This document shows positions 19,844-28,406 of a stretch of 64,000 nucleotides of DNA, in pieces. Positions within the stretch are counted from its first letter, which is position 1. Every line of letters starts with the position of its first letter. The notes under the pieces are model-generated. The model was not told the origin of the DNA. It made no database searches and worked only from the letters and a program-made list of their open reading frames with translations. Source of the DNA: an uncultured Polyangiaceae bacterium (lineage in GTDB: Bacteria > Acidobacteriota > Thermoanaerobaculia > Multivoradales > JAHEKO01). A program made the position numbers and the translations under genes. Location: positions 747 to 64,746 of the forward strand of contig CAXMQZ010000087.1 of NCBI GenBank assembly GCA_964195975.1, in the 5' to 3' direction.

Positions 19844-20326
19844 CTACTTCTCAATCTCACGATCGGTGTACTCTGGTCTGACTTTCCATTCTTGCAATTC
19901 AGCCATATCGATGTAGAGGTTCTCCCACCGCTCGTAGCTGGCCAGTTCATATGTCTTGGTAGTCAACCAGATCGATTTTGGGTTGGTCGGACAGGCCTCT
20001 TCGCAAAGACCGCAGAACATACAACGTTGGAGGTCAATGTCGAATCGATCCAGCAGCTTTTCCTTCTTCTCCGTCTCGGGATTCACTTCTTGGTGCCAAT
20101 CAATGTAGATGATGTCGATCGGGCAGTCCCTGGCGCAAAGAGTGCACTTGATGCAGCGATCCTCGTCGAGGCGGAACATCCCGCGGAACCGGTGCGACGG
20201 CTCCATCCTTTCCTCCGGATACTGCACGGTGACTTTCTTCTTGAATATGTACTTGAAAGTTATTCCGAGACCGGCGAACAGGTCGAGCAACATGATTCGA
20301 TCGAGAAATCTCTTAGTCGAAGTCAT
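19844..20326 (-). CDS. nuoI: NADH-quinone oxidoreductase subunit I (2x[4Fe-4S] ferredoxin)
   Basis: Two CxxCxxCxxxCP motifs are present: CIKCTLCARDCP and CMFCGLCEEACP. Confidence 0.9.
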   Translation of the reverse strand: MTSTKRFLDRIMLLDLFAGLGITFKYIFKKKVTVQYPEERMEPSHRFRGMFRLDEDRCIKCTLCARDCPIDIIYIDWHQEVNPETEKKEKLLDRFDIDLQRCMFCGLCEEACPTNPKSIWLTTKTYELASYERWENLYIDMAELQEWKVRPEYTDREIEK

Positions 20327-20332
20327 GACACA

Positions 20333-21427
20333 TCACCCAAAAAGAATCTTCGCCAATCCGGTGCCTACTACCGCGATCAGCGATGTCGGAATCAGCCATT
20401 TCCAGCCGAGATCCATTAGTTGATCAAATCGATAGCGAGGAAAGGTTCCCCGAAACCAGATAAATGTGAATAAGAACACAACCAGCTTCAGCGTAAACCA
20501 GACAAGACCCGCAAGACCCACTGGAAGAAAACCAAGATCGAGAAAAGAAAGTACCTCGACGTTCGGAAACGGCCTCGACCACCCACCCAGAAAGAGAGTT
20601 ACCCCGATCGCTGAGACCACGATCATGTTGGCGTACTCGCCCAGAAAAAAGAGCGCAAACCGCATACCGCTGTACTCGGTATGAAAACCAGCGACCAGCT
20701 CTGACTCTGCCTCGGGAAGATCAAACGGGTTCCGATTCGACTCTGCAACACCCGCTACGAAATAGACAAAGAAGGCCAGGAACCCAAACGGAAAGAACCC
20801 GAATGCGAACCAACGTCCCTGCTCCAGCTGAGACATGACGATTCCATTCAGCGACATCGTTCCGGCCATCAATAGGGGTACGACCAGAGAGAATCCCTGA
20901 GGCACCTCGTACGAGATCATCTGTGCCGCCGACCTCAACCCACCAAGCAACGAAAATTTGCTGTTGGATGACCACCCACCGAGAATGATTCCGTAAACGC
21001 TTATGGTCGCCATGGCGATAACGAACAGCAAACCCACATTCACATCGGTGATAAACCAATTGGCGCCACCTGTGGTCGCCGACGAAGGACCGAAGGGAAC
21101 TACCGCAAAAATCACCAGGGCCGGACCCACCACCAGACAGGGCGCCAACACAAAAGCCCATCGCACCGCTCGATCCGGAATGGAGTCCTCTTTGACCAGT
21201 AACTTCGCCACATCGGCGATGGGTTGCAGAACCCCCCATGGGCCGACCCGGTTTGGACCGGTGCGGACTTGGAGAAAACCCAGAATCTTGCGTTCGGCAA
21301 GGGTCAGATAGGCGATCAATCCGAGAACGACCGCCATCACAAGTGCGATCTTGAGGGCGGGTTGGATCGTGTAGTCGAACAGGAAAGGACCAGCCGCCTC
21401 TCTCAACCCACTGAGAAGCTCTGCCAT
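20333..21427 (-). CDS. nuoH: NADH-quinone oxidoreductase subunit H
   Basis: The 364 aa product resembles ND1 or NuoH (..RTGPNRVGPWGVLQPIADV.., ..NRNPFDLPEAESELVAG..). Confidence 0.9.
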   Translation of the reverse strand: MAELLSGLREAAGPFLFDYTIQPALKIALVMAVVLGLIAYLTLAERKILGFLQVRTGPNRVGPWGVLQPIADVAKLLVKEDSIPDRAVRWAFVLAPCLVVGPALVIFAVVPFGPSSATTGGANWFITDVNVGLLFVIAMATISVYGIILGGWSSNSKFSLLGGLRSAAQMISYEVPQGFSLVVPLLMAGTMSLNGIVMSQLEQGRWFAFGFFPFGFLAFFVYFVAGVAESNRNPFDLPEAESELVAGFHTEYSGMRFALFFLGEYANMIVVSAIGVTLFLGGWSRPFPNVEVLSFLDLGFLPVGLAGLVWFTLKLVVFLFTFIWFRGTFPRYRFDQLMDLGWKWLIPTSLIAVVGTGLAKILFG

Positions 21428-22569
21428 CAGCGATCTACCTCACCCAAGACGATGTCGGTCGTACCGATCACCGCTATGAGATCCGCCAACAGGTCACCCC
21501 GAATCATCTCTGGAAGGACCTGCAGGTTGAGAAATGATGGAGGGCGGACCCGGCAGCGATAGGGATTGGGCGATCCATCCCCAATGATGTAGAAACCGAT
21601 CTCGCCCTTGGGTCCTTCGACTCCGTAATAGACCTCACCCTCTTTGGGAGCCTTCAGGACTCGAGGTTTCTTGGCCATGATCGGCCCATCCGGTAGCTGG
21701 TCGAGACACTGACGAAGAATCCTTACCGACTGCCTCATCTCTTCCATCCTGACCAGATACCGATCGTAGGTGTCGCAGTTGAAAAAGACCGGAACATCGA
21801 ACTCGACTTCCGAGTAGGCTTCATAGGGTCGAGCCTTGCGCAAGTCCCAGTCGATTCCGCTGCCACGGAGCATCGGTCCCGTGACGCCATAGTCCAGTGC
21901 CACATCGGGGTCGAGAACTCCGACTCCGACCGTTCGTTTCTTCCAAATCCGATTGTTGGTCAGGAGGCCCTCGTACTCGGCGATATTCTCCGGAAAGCTC
22001 TCGATGAATTCGGCGCACTTCTCGGTCCACCCCACCGGCAGATCGAAGGGTTGCCCGCCGGGGCGCATGCAATTGAGGGTCAGTCGCGCGCCGCAGTAGT
22101 CCTCGAACAGATCGAGCACGTGTTCGCGTTCCCGAAAGGTGTAGAAAAAAGGAGTCATGGCGCCAATGTCGATGGCGTGCGTTGCCAACCAGAGCAAGTG
22201 ACTCGAGATCCTCTGCAGCTCGGCCAGAATAGTGCGTATGTAGCGAGCCCGAGGCGGCACAATAATTCCAATAAGCTTCTCCACGGCTCCGACGTAGGCC
22301 AGATTGTTCGTGGCAGCAGCAACGTAGTCCATCCGGTCGGTATGGGGCACATTCTGAAAGAAGGGATGGAGCTCGAATAGCTTCTCCGTGCCTCGATGCA
22401 AATACCCGATAATCGGATAGCAATCGACGATTCGTTCACCGTCGAGCTTCACTTTTAGCCTCAAAACACCGTGAGTAGCAGGGTGTTGCGGCCCGAAATT
22501 GAGCTCCATTTCCTCGACCCCAAGCAGGGTCTCGGACGGCTGTGGAGCGGTGGTTTCGATGTCGGTCAT
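21427..22569 (-). CDS. nuoD: NADH-quinone oxidoreductase subunit D
   Basis: The 380 aa product is 49 kDa-subunit-like (..FGPQHPATHGVLRL.., C-terminal ..GEVDR). Confidence 0.9.
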   Translation of the reverse strand: MTDIETTAPQPSETLLGVEEMELNFGPQHPATHGVLRLKVKLDGERIVDCYPIIGYLHRGTEKLFELHPFFQNVPHTDRMDYVAAATNNLAYVGAVEKLIGIIVPPRARYIRTILAELQRISSHLLWLATHAIDIGAMTPFFYTFREREHVLDLFEDYCGARLTLNCMRPGGQPFDLPVGWTEKCAEFIESFPENIAEYEGLLTNNRIWKKRTVGVGVLDPDVALDYGVTGPMLRGSGIDWDLRKARPYEAYSEVEFDVPVFFNCDTYDRYLVRMEEMRQSVRILRQCLDQLPDGPIMAKKPRVLKAPKEGEVYYGVEGPKGEIGFYIIGDGSPNPYRCRVRPPSFLNLQVLPEMIRGDLLADLIAVIGTTDIVLGEVDR

Positions 22570-22615
22570 GGACGGATCAAACGTTCTTGGTCGTCACCTG
22601 GTTGCAATGGGTCTC

Positions 22616-23395
22616 TCAACTCTCCTCACCAGAGGATTCCGGGGCGGATTGCGATGTTTTCTCTTCGGGCGGCGCAGGTGGCCTCCAGCCAGTCCCTGTC
22701 CCCGCAACTGGGCCAGCATTGTCGGTGTAGGTCTCTGGATAGATGGCAGCCCCGGTATCGATACCCTCGACCGGAAAATCCTTCAGCAACGGATGGCCGT
22801 TGAATCCCTCCCAGAGAAGAATTCGCGTCATGTCTGGATGATCGGTAAAGCGGATCCCATACATGTCGTAGGTCTCCCGCTCGGCCCAGTTGGCACCCGC
22901 GTAAACCTTAGCTACCGACGGAACCTCGACTCCTACGTCGACTCTTACCTTCAATCGAACCTGATCGTTGGTCTCCAGGTTGTGAAGAATGTAAACGACT
23001 TCCAACTCTTTTTCTTCTCGGTTGTCGAAATGTGCACCGCAACTATCGACAAAGAGCTTGTAACCGTGCTCCTCTTTCAAGCTCCTGCAAACTTCGCGGA
23101 TCGACTGGCTATCGATCTCGAGGACCAGATCTCCAGCGAAACTTCGGGCCGAAAGAACTGCGTCGGCATGCGCTGCCCTCAATGAATCGACCAGGAGGCT
23201 ATCTTCGACCTCTTCCCAGCTTGGTGTCGACGGGTCTCTCTCCCACGGCTCCTTTGCCGCCTCGGCTTCTGCCAGAGCCTTCGCTTTAGCAGCCTTGGCC
23301 TTCGCTGCCGCTTCTTCCTTGGCCTTGGCCTCGGCTTCTGCGGAATCCGTTGGCGGGGTTTCGTCTAGGGGCTTGCCGTTATCGGAATCGGTCAT
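22616..23395 (-). CDS. nuoC: NADH-quinone oxidoreductase subunit C with Ala/Lys/Glu-rich N-terminal extension and Pro/Ser/Glu C-terminal tail
   Basis: The core 30 kDa-subunit motif is ..ETYDMYGIRFTDHPDMTRILL... A roughly 55 aa low-complexity N-terminal extension reads AEAEAKAKEEAAAKAKAAKAKA. Confidence 0.85.
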   Translation of the reverse strand: MTDSDNGKPLDETPPTDSAEAEAKAKEEAAAKAKAAKAKALAEAEAAKEPWERDPSTPSWEEVEDSLLVDSLRAAHADAVLSARSFAGDLVLEIDSQSIREVCRSLKEEHGYKLFVDSCGAHFDNREEKELEVVYILHNLETNDQVRLKVRVDVGVEVPSVAKVYAGANWAERETYDMYGIRFTDHPDMTRILLWEGFNGHPLLKDFPVEGIDTGAAIYPETYTDNAGPVAGTGTGWRPPAPPEEKTSQSAPESSGEES

Positions 23396-23398
23396 GGT

Positions 23399-23902
23399 TC
23401 AGCTCGGGCTCATCGGGCCCTGGTCGTCGAGATTGGATACCGACATGCGATCGATCCTGCGCTGGAGATGCATCAAACCCCACAACAGAGCCTCGGGTCT
23501 TGGAGGACACCCGGGGACATAGACCGATACCGGAATGACTCTGTCGACACCCTGGGTCACCGCATAGGTCCGATAGGGTCCTCCACAAGTGGCACACGCA
23601 CCCATCGCCAGAGCCCACTTGGGCTCCGGCATTTGATCCCACAACCGCTTCACAATCGGTGCCATCTTTTCAGTGACCGTTCCAGCAACAATCATCAGAT
23701 CGCACTGTCGGGGAGTCCCGCGCATGACCTCGGCACCAAACCTCGACATGTCGTGGCGAGGATCGAGCACAGCCATCATCTCGATGGCACAACAGGCCAA
23801 CCCGAACTGCATCGGCCAGATTGCGGATCGTCGAGCCCAATTGAAAATCTTGTCGTAGGTGGTGGTGAGGACGTTAGCCTCGACGTTATCCATCAGGCCC
23901 AA
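23399..23902 (-). CDS. nuoB: NADH-quinone oxidoreductase subunit B
   Basis: Contains [13 protein letters not shown]...[10 protein letters not shown]...[11 protein letters not shown], the conserved N2-cluster cysteines. Confidence 0.9.
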   Translation of the reverse strand: MGLMDNVEANVLTTTYDKIFNWARRSAIWPMQFGLACCAIEMMAVLDPRHDMSRFGAEVMRGTPRQCDLMIVAGTVTEKMAPIVKRLWDQMPEPKWALAMGACATCGGPYRTYAVTQGVDRVIPVSVYVPGCPPRPEALLWGLMHLQRRIDRMSVSNLDDQGPMSPS

Positions 23903-24249
23903 TTCAACGCCCCCCTATTCCACACGTAGATGTATCCAACAACCAGAATTGCCAGAAAAATCATCATCTCGATAAAGCCAAAAAGCGCCAACTTGTCGAG
24001 CAACACTGCCCATGGAAACAAGAAAATCGTCTCCACATCGAAAACAACAAACAGAACCGCGATCAGGTAGTAGCGAATAGCGAAAGGCTGATCGTGCGCA
24101 AACGTTTCGGGCTCATTGCCACATTCGTAGGGCTCGCTATTGGTCAATCCCCTGCCGCCGTGACGAAACAGCTTCGCCGCCATGAGAGTGACGAAGAGAA
24201 ACAAAATAACAATGACAATAAAGACGAGAATCGGAATATAGCCAGCCAC
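23893..24249 (-). CDS. nuoA: NADH-quinone oxidoreductase subunit A
   Basis: The 118 aa product has 3 TM helices (..YECGNEP....[18 protein letters not shown]..). Confidence 0.9.
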   Translation of the reverse strand: MAGYIPILVFIVIVILFLFVTLMAAKLFRHGGRGLTNSEPYECGNEPETFAHDQPFAIRYYLIAVLFVVFDVETIFLFPWAVLLDKLALFGFIEMMIFLAILVVGYIYVWNRGALNWA

Positions 24250-24500
24250 AGAAATCTCCGGTCGGGACTTCGGCCCGTAGCTCTCGGATTATCTTACCTG
24301 GAATGAAACGTAGAAAACGGTTGCATGGCCGTAGGGGACATCGCTACGTGCAAGAGTCGGAATGATCTCGACAACCTGACCCTGCGTCAGTTCAGTTGAC
24401 TCCGCAGCCCTACTCCGTCCTCCCGGGGGTAACCATATCCCACTTGATTTCAATCGCTCCTTCAACGATCGATTTTGCGTGTCTTCCAAGCTAAGCGAGG

Positions 24501-25571
24501 CTATTGTATAGGAGGGTGGGGGCCTGTCAAGGCGACCTCGAATAAGGAATCAGGAGCCACTCCTTTGCTCTGAACGAGCACTCGAATCTCGTCCCCCATG
24601 CCGCCCGGATCCAGCAGGGTCATGGCGTCGACCCTGTCCTGTTGGGAGACCTGGTCCAGCCCTTCGAAGATCCCACATGAAACCAACCATGACGCTTGAC
24701 GGGTCAGGGCAATGGTTTCGAGCCCAACCCGTTCTCCCTCCTCCCGAAGAGTCGTGAAGTCGATATGGGCCGAAAGATCCTGACCTCCCACATCGACCAG
24801 AGCGTTTCGATGCACCTGCTGACTCCGGTAGCAGGCCAGTGTACCCTCCATCCTGATCCGAGGATCCAGAAGTCTCTGTCGCTCGAAACCATAGTCGCAA
24901 GTAACCAGAATTCCACGATCCAGGCTCGATGCGAGACGACCATAAAGAGGACGCCAGTCAACCGAGAGATCGGCCACCTGCCCCGGACTCAGCTCAGTCT
25001 CCATTTCGCACCACATGGCCATGAGATCGGGACTCGACAGCTCTTTCTGGCAATACGAGAAAGTGCCTTCGTCTACGTCGACCCATAGCTCTCCAACTTC
25101 CCCGCCTTCGAGGCCGACAAGGCGGTGGACTGGCAGAGCATCGAAAAGCTCGTAGGAGAAAATCATCCCGCTCACGCCCTCCAAAAGCAGGCTGCCCAAA
25201 TCATCGAGCTGTTCGACCCCCACCGGGACACGCCTCGCTATCCTGTCCCATCCCATCAGCCGGCGCTCTGAAACGTGGTCGAGCGCGCCGACCAGGTGAC
25301 CCAGGTGGATCGCCGCCCCATAACCCGCTTCGAGATAGTCGGCCCTCACACCAAGGGCCCCATCCAACCGCTCCAGCAGTCGTGCTGTCGTACGTCCAAA
25401 AAGAGGCGACAGAGATGAGCCGGTGACAAAATCGCCCTCTTTTCCGATAGGAAGATCCTCGTGAGCGTAGTACCCACCATCTCCATACAGAGCCTCCTCC
25501 ATGAACTCCGAAAATGGAATCGGACCATTCTCAACGATCCGTGCTCGGAGTCGATCGGCGGGAAACGACAT
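24501..25571 (-). CDS. MidA/NDUFAF7-family SAM-dependent methyltransferase (COG1565, DUF185)
   Basis: Contains GPIPFSEFMEEALYGDGGYY...GDFVTGSSLSPLFG. The start was chosen at the internal Met MSFPADRL. The longer ORF reaching 25667 would overlap the divergent kinase gene by 19 bp. Confidence 0.7.
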   Translation of the reverse strand: MSFPADRLRARIVENGPIPFSEFMEEALYGDGGYYAHEDLPIGKEGDFVTGSSLSPLFGRTTARLLERLDGALGVRADYLEAGYGAAIHLGHLVGALDHVSERRLMGWDRIARRVPVGVEQLDDLGSLLLEGVSGMIFSYELFDALPVHRLVGLEGGEVGELWVDVDEGTFSYCQKELSSPDLMAMWCEMETELSPGQVADLSVDWRPLYGRLASSLDRGILVTCDYGFERQRLLDPRIRMEGTLACYRSQQVHRNALVDVGGQDLSAHIDFTTLREEGERVGLETIALTRQASWLVSCGIFEGLDQVSQQDRVDAMTLLDPGGMGDEIRVLVQSKGVAPDSLFEVALTGPHPPIQ

Positions 25572-25648
25572 AACAAGTCGGAGTTTACCGACCCTCTCAA
25601 GCCCGAGGCCCACAAGCGGCCTTTCCCGCGTGCTAAGATCCGCCGCAA

Positions 25649-26698
25649 ATGACTGACCCACCGTCACTTCCGACGACCGACAGGTTGCTCGAGATCATCG
25701 ATCTGATGGCCGGACAGCCGATCCTGATGCTGGTGGATCTGGTCCTCGATCGCTTTATCACCGGTAGACCGAAACGGATCAGCCGCGAGGCCCCGGTACT
25801 GATCTTGACCCACGAGAGCGAAGACATGACTCCCGGAGGGGGTGCCAACGCGGTCGCAAACATCGTGGCGTTGGACGGCGTACCGCTGCCCCTGGGTGTG
25901 GTGGGTGACGACGAGAGCGGCGGGCAGCTACTCGAGATCCTGCGCCGCTCCCGAGTCGACACCGCCGGCATCATCGAGCGGCGGGGTTTTCGCACCCCTA
26001 CCAAAACCAGAATTCTCGGTGGCGGCCATCACTCGATCAAACAGCAGATCGTGCGCTACGACATCGAGGACAAAATCGAGCTCACTCAGACCGAGATACA
26101 GCAGCTCGAAAAACAGATCGAGTGCTGGGACACCGAGGCTACAGTTGCGGTCTTGAGCGATTATGGGTACGGTGCGGTCTCTCCTTCCTTCTTGACCAGG
26201 ATGCGACAAGCCCTTGGAACCGACGGCACGGTGTTGTGTGACAGTCGCTACCGGCTCGGCGATTTCGCCGGTCTCGACGGGGCAACACCCAACGAGGAGG
26301 AAGCTCAAAGCCTCCTTGGTTCGCCGATCTCCGAAACCGAGGACCAGTTGCTGTCGGCGGGATCGAGTCTTGTCGATACTCTGTCTGCTCGCTTCTTGCT
26401 GATCACCCGAGGTAGCTATGGGATGAGCCTGTTCGACGACGGTTATTGCTGCCAGATTCCGGTTCATGGTACCGATGAAGTAGCGGATGTCACCGGCGCG
26501 GGCGACACCGTCATCGGTACGTTCGGATTGGCGCTGGCGTCAGGCGCGAGCGCCCTAGAGGCAGCTTTGCTCGCCAACTACGCTGGTGGAGTGGTGGTCA
26601 TGAAGCGGGGAACCGCAACTCTCGATCGCCAAGAATTGAGCGAAGCCGTGAGCTCCGACCGACGTCCACTCGAGGAGTCGAAATGGGCGAAGCTTTAG
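25649..26698 (+). CDS. D-glycero-beta-D-manno-heptose-7-phosphate kinase (HldE domain I / RfaE1-type, PfkB family)
   Basis: PfkB-kinase motifs are present: ..GGGANAVANI.. and C-terminal DVTGAGDTVIGTF. Confidence 0.8.
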   Translation: MTDPPSLPTTDRLLEIIDLMAGQPILMLVDLVLDRFITGRPKRISREAPVLILTHESEDMTPGGGANAVANIVALDGVPLPLGVVGDDESGGQLLEILRRSRVDTAGIIERRGFRTPTKTRILGGGHHSIKQQIVRYDIEDKIELTQTEIQQLEKQIECWDTEATVAVLSDYGYGAVSPSFLTRMRQALGTDGTVLCDSRYRLGDFAGLDGATPNEEEAQSLLGSPISETEDQLLSAGSSLVDTLSARFLLITRGSYGMSLFDDGYCCQIPVHGTDEVADVTGAGDTVIGTFGLALASGASALEAALLANYAGGVVVMKRGTATLDRQELSEAVSSDRRPLEESKWAKL

Positions 26699-27162
26699 GT
26701 CTCGAAGACCTGAAAACCAGGCTGGATGGTTTCAGACCAAGCGGCGGAAAAGTCGTCCTTGCCAACGGTCACTTCGACGTTCTTCATGTCGGTCATTTGC
26801 GCTATCTCGAGGCTGCCAAGGAGCAAGGAGACCTGCTCGTCGTCGCTATCAACGACGACAACTCGGTCGCTCGACTCAAGGGCAAGGGTCGACCTGTAGT
26901 CCCGGCCTCCGAAAGAGCCGAGCTGCTGGCCGCGCTGATTCCGGTCGATTTCGTCGTGGTCTTCAGTGGCGATTCGCCCGGCGATCTGCTGCAGGAGTTG
27001 CAGCCTGACGTGCACTGCAAGGGAACAGACTACGGTTCCCCCGATCGGGTGCCAGAGTATGAGGTAGTCCGGGCCTATGGCGGTGCTACGGCGCTAGTCG
27101 GAGACCCGAAAGATCATTCCACCACCGATCTGATCTCGAAAATCAAGAACCTGCCTGACTGA
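26683..27162 (+). CDS. D-glycero-beta-D-manno-heptose-1-phosphate adenylyltransferase (HldE domain II / RfaE2-type)
   Basis: This is a cytidylyltransferase-like nucleotidyltransferase (VVLANGHFDVLHVGHLRYLEAAK, (T/H)xGH motif). It overlaps the kinase gene by 16 bp. Confidence 0.8.
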   Translation: MGEALGLEDLKTRLDGFRPSGGKVVLANGHFDVLHVGHLRYLEAAKEQGDLLVVAINDDNSVARLKGKGRPVVPASERAELLAALIPVDFVVVFSGDSPGDLLQELQPDVHCKGTDYGSPDRVPEYEVVRAYGGATALVGDPKDHSTTDLISKIKNLPD

Positions 27163-27186
27163 TTGTTAGACATTCGAAGCTATCGG

Positions 27187-28218
27187 ATGGCCTCTACGAG
27201 AATCCTTCTCATACGCACCAGCGCCCTCGGGGATGTGATCCATGCCCTACCCGTGCTCACTGCACTAAGGCGGAACCTGCCCGAGGCTCGAATCGCTTGG
27301 CTGGTGGAAGAGGCCTACGTACCCTTACTCCAGTCGCATCCGGACCTCGACGAAGTAATACCGGTACGACTCCGTGACTGGCGAAAAAGGCCAATCTCCC
27401 GTTCAACATGGTCTGGGATTCGCGCCTTTCTCAAGCAACTAGAAAACTACCGTGCAGAAATCGTGCTCGACCTGATGGGAAATCACAAGGCTGGCATTCT
27501 GGCCGCGCTGACCATGTCGGATCGAAGGATTGGGCTCGCCCGGAGGTTTCGCCGCGAACCCTCGAGCGCAATCTGGATCAGCGAATCGATCCGGCCAAGT
27601 GGTGAGCATACGGTCGATCGAATGTTGAGCCTGTTGGAGGCTTTGGGGTTGCCGGAGCAGCCAGTCGACTTCGGACCTGAAAAGCTCCGCACAGCGCTGG
27701 GGGTAGCGACGGACCTCTCCAACCTGGATCCACCTAGAATCGTAGTCCACCCCGGAGCTGGCTGGCCCAACAAGCGCTACCCTCCAGATCGCTGGGGTGT
27801 AGTCGCAAAAATTCTCCACGAGCGGACGGGGCTTCGTACTCGAGTCATCTCGACCGAATCGGAAGTGGAGCTCGCTCGAGCCATCGAGCGGACAAGCTCG
27901 GGCGCTGCGAAGGTAGTCTCGGCGCCCGATTTGTCTAGCTTGGCCGCAGAGCTCCTCAGCGCGACTTTGGTGATGGGCGGTGACACCGGACCGATTCACC
28001 TCGCTCATGCTCTCGGCCGAACAGTTCTGTGTCTCATGGGTCCCACCGACCCGGCGCGAAATGGACCGTATGGGGCCATTGAGAACGCCCTTTGGCATCC
28101 GTTGCCCTGTAGCTTTTGCTACAAGCGATACCAAGATGCCCAGACCTGTATGTTGGAACTGACACCCGAGGTGGTTGCTGATCGAGCCTTGGATCTTCTG
28201 GAACCAAGGCTCTCCTAG
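27187..28218 (+). CDS. ADP-heptose:LPS heptosyltransferase (glycosyltransferase family 9)
   Basis: N-terminus RILLIRTSALGDVIHALP plus ..VVHPGAGWPNKRYP.. and ..MGGDTGPIHLAHALG.., typical of WaaC/WaaF/RfaQ. Confidence 0.75.
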   Translation: MASTRILLIRTSALGDVIHALPVLTALRRNLPEARIAWLVEEAYVPLLQSHPDLDEVIPVRLRDWRKRPISRSTWSGIRAFLKQLENYRAEIVLDLMGNHKAGILAALTMSDRRIGLARRFRREPSSAIWISESIRPSGEHTVDRMLSLLEALGLPEQPVDFGPEKLRTALGVATDLSNLDPPRIVVHPGAGWPNKRYPPDRWGVVAKILHERTGLRTRVISTESEVELARAIERTSSGAAKVVSAPDLSSLAAELLSATLVMGGDTGPIHLAHALGRTVLCLMGPTDPARNGPYGAIENALWHPLPCSFCYKRYQDAQTCMLELTPEVVADRALDLLEPRLS

Positions 28219-28406
28219 GGGCCAAATCAGGGTGCGGCTAGCGCCTTTATGGACTAGTCCATTGACCTGATTTCCGTGCGATTGCTAGACTCTCTCACCG
28301 TGCTACTCGTAGTGACCGGCTGCTTCTTGGTAATTTCTGACCATATGTCGAGTGGGCCAACCCACGGCCGGATGAGCTCCAAGGTACCGGAAGAGGAAAT
28401 CGAATC

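Noticed and set aside
24250-24500. Possible RNA gene or tRNA in the 250-bp region upstream of nuoA and in the other intergenic gaps (4463-4702, 28219-28406, 53751-54097)
   Set aside because: No cloverleaf-compatible sequence with a T-loop GTTCGA(A)TC motif or an anticodon stem was seen. These regions are more likely promoter or leader sequence.
25572-25667. Longer start for the MidA-like gene at 25667
   Set aside because: It would overlap the divergently transcribed heptose kinase gene by 19 bp. The conserved MidA N-terminus begins near the internal Met, so the shorter start was preferred with moderate uncertainty.
28240-28300. Cluster of CTAG-containing short palindromes (GGACTAGTCC, GCTAGC, GCTAGA) upstream of the PilB-like gene
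   Set aside because: They are short and could occur by chance. No second IS copy or inverted-repeat pair was found nearby.
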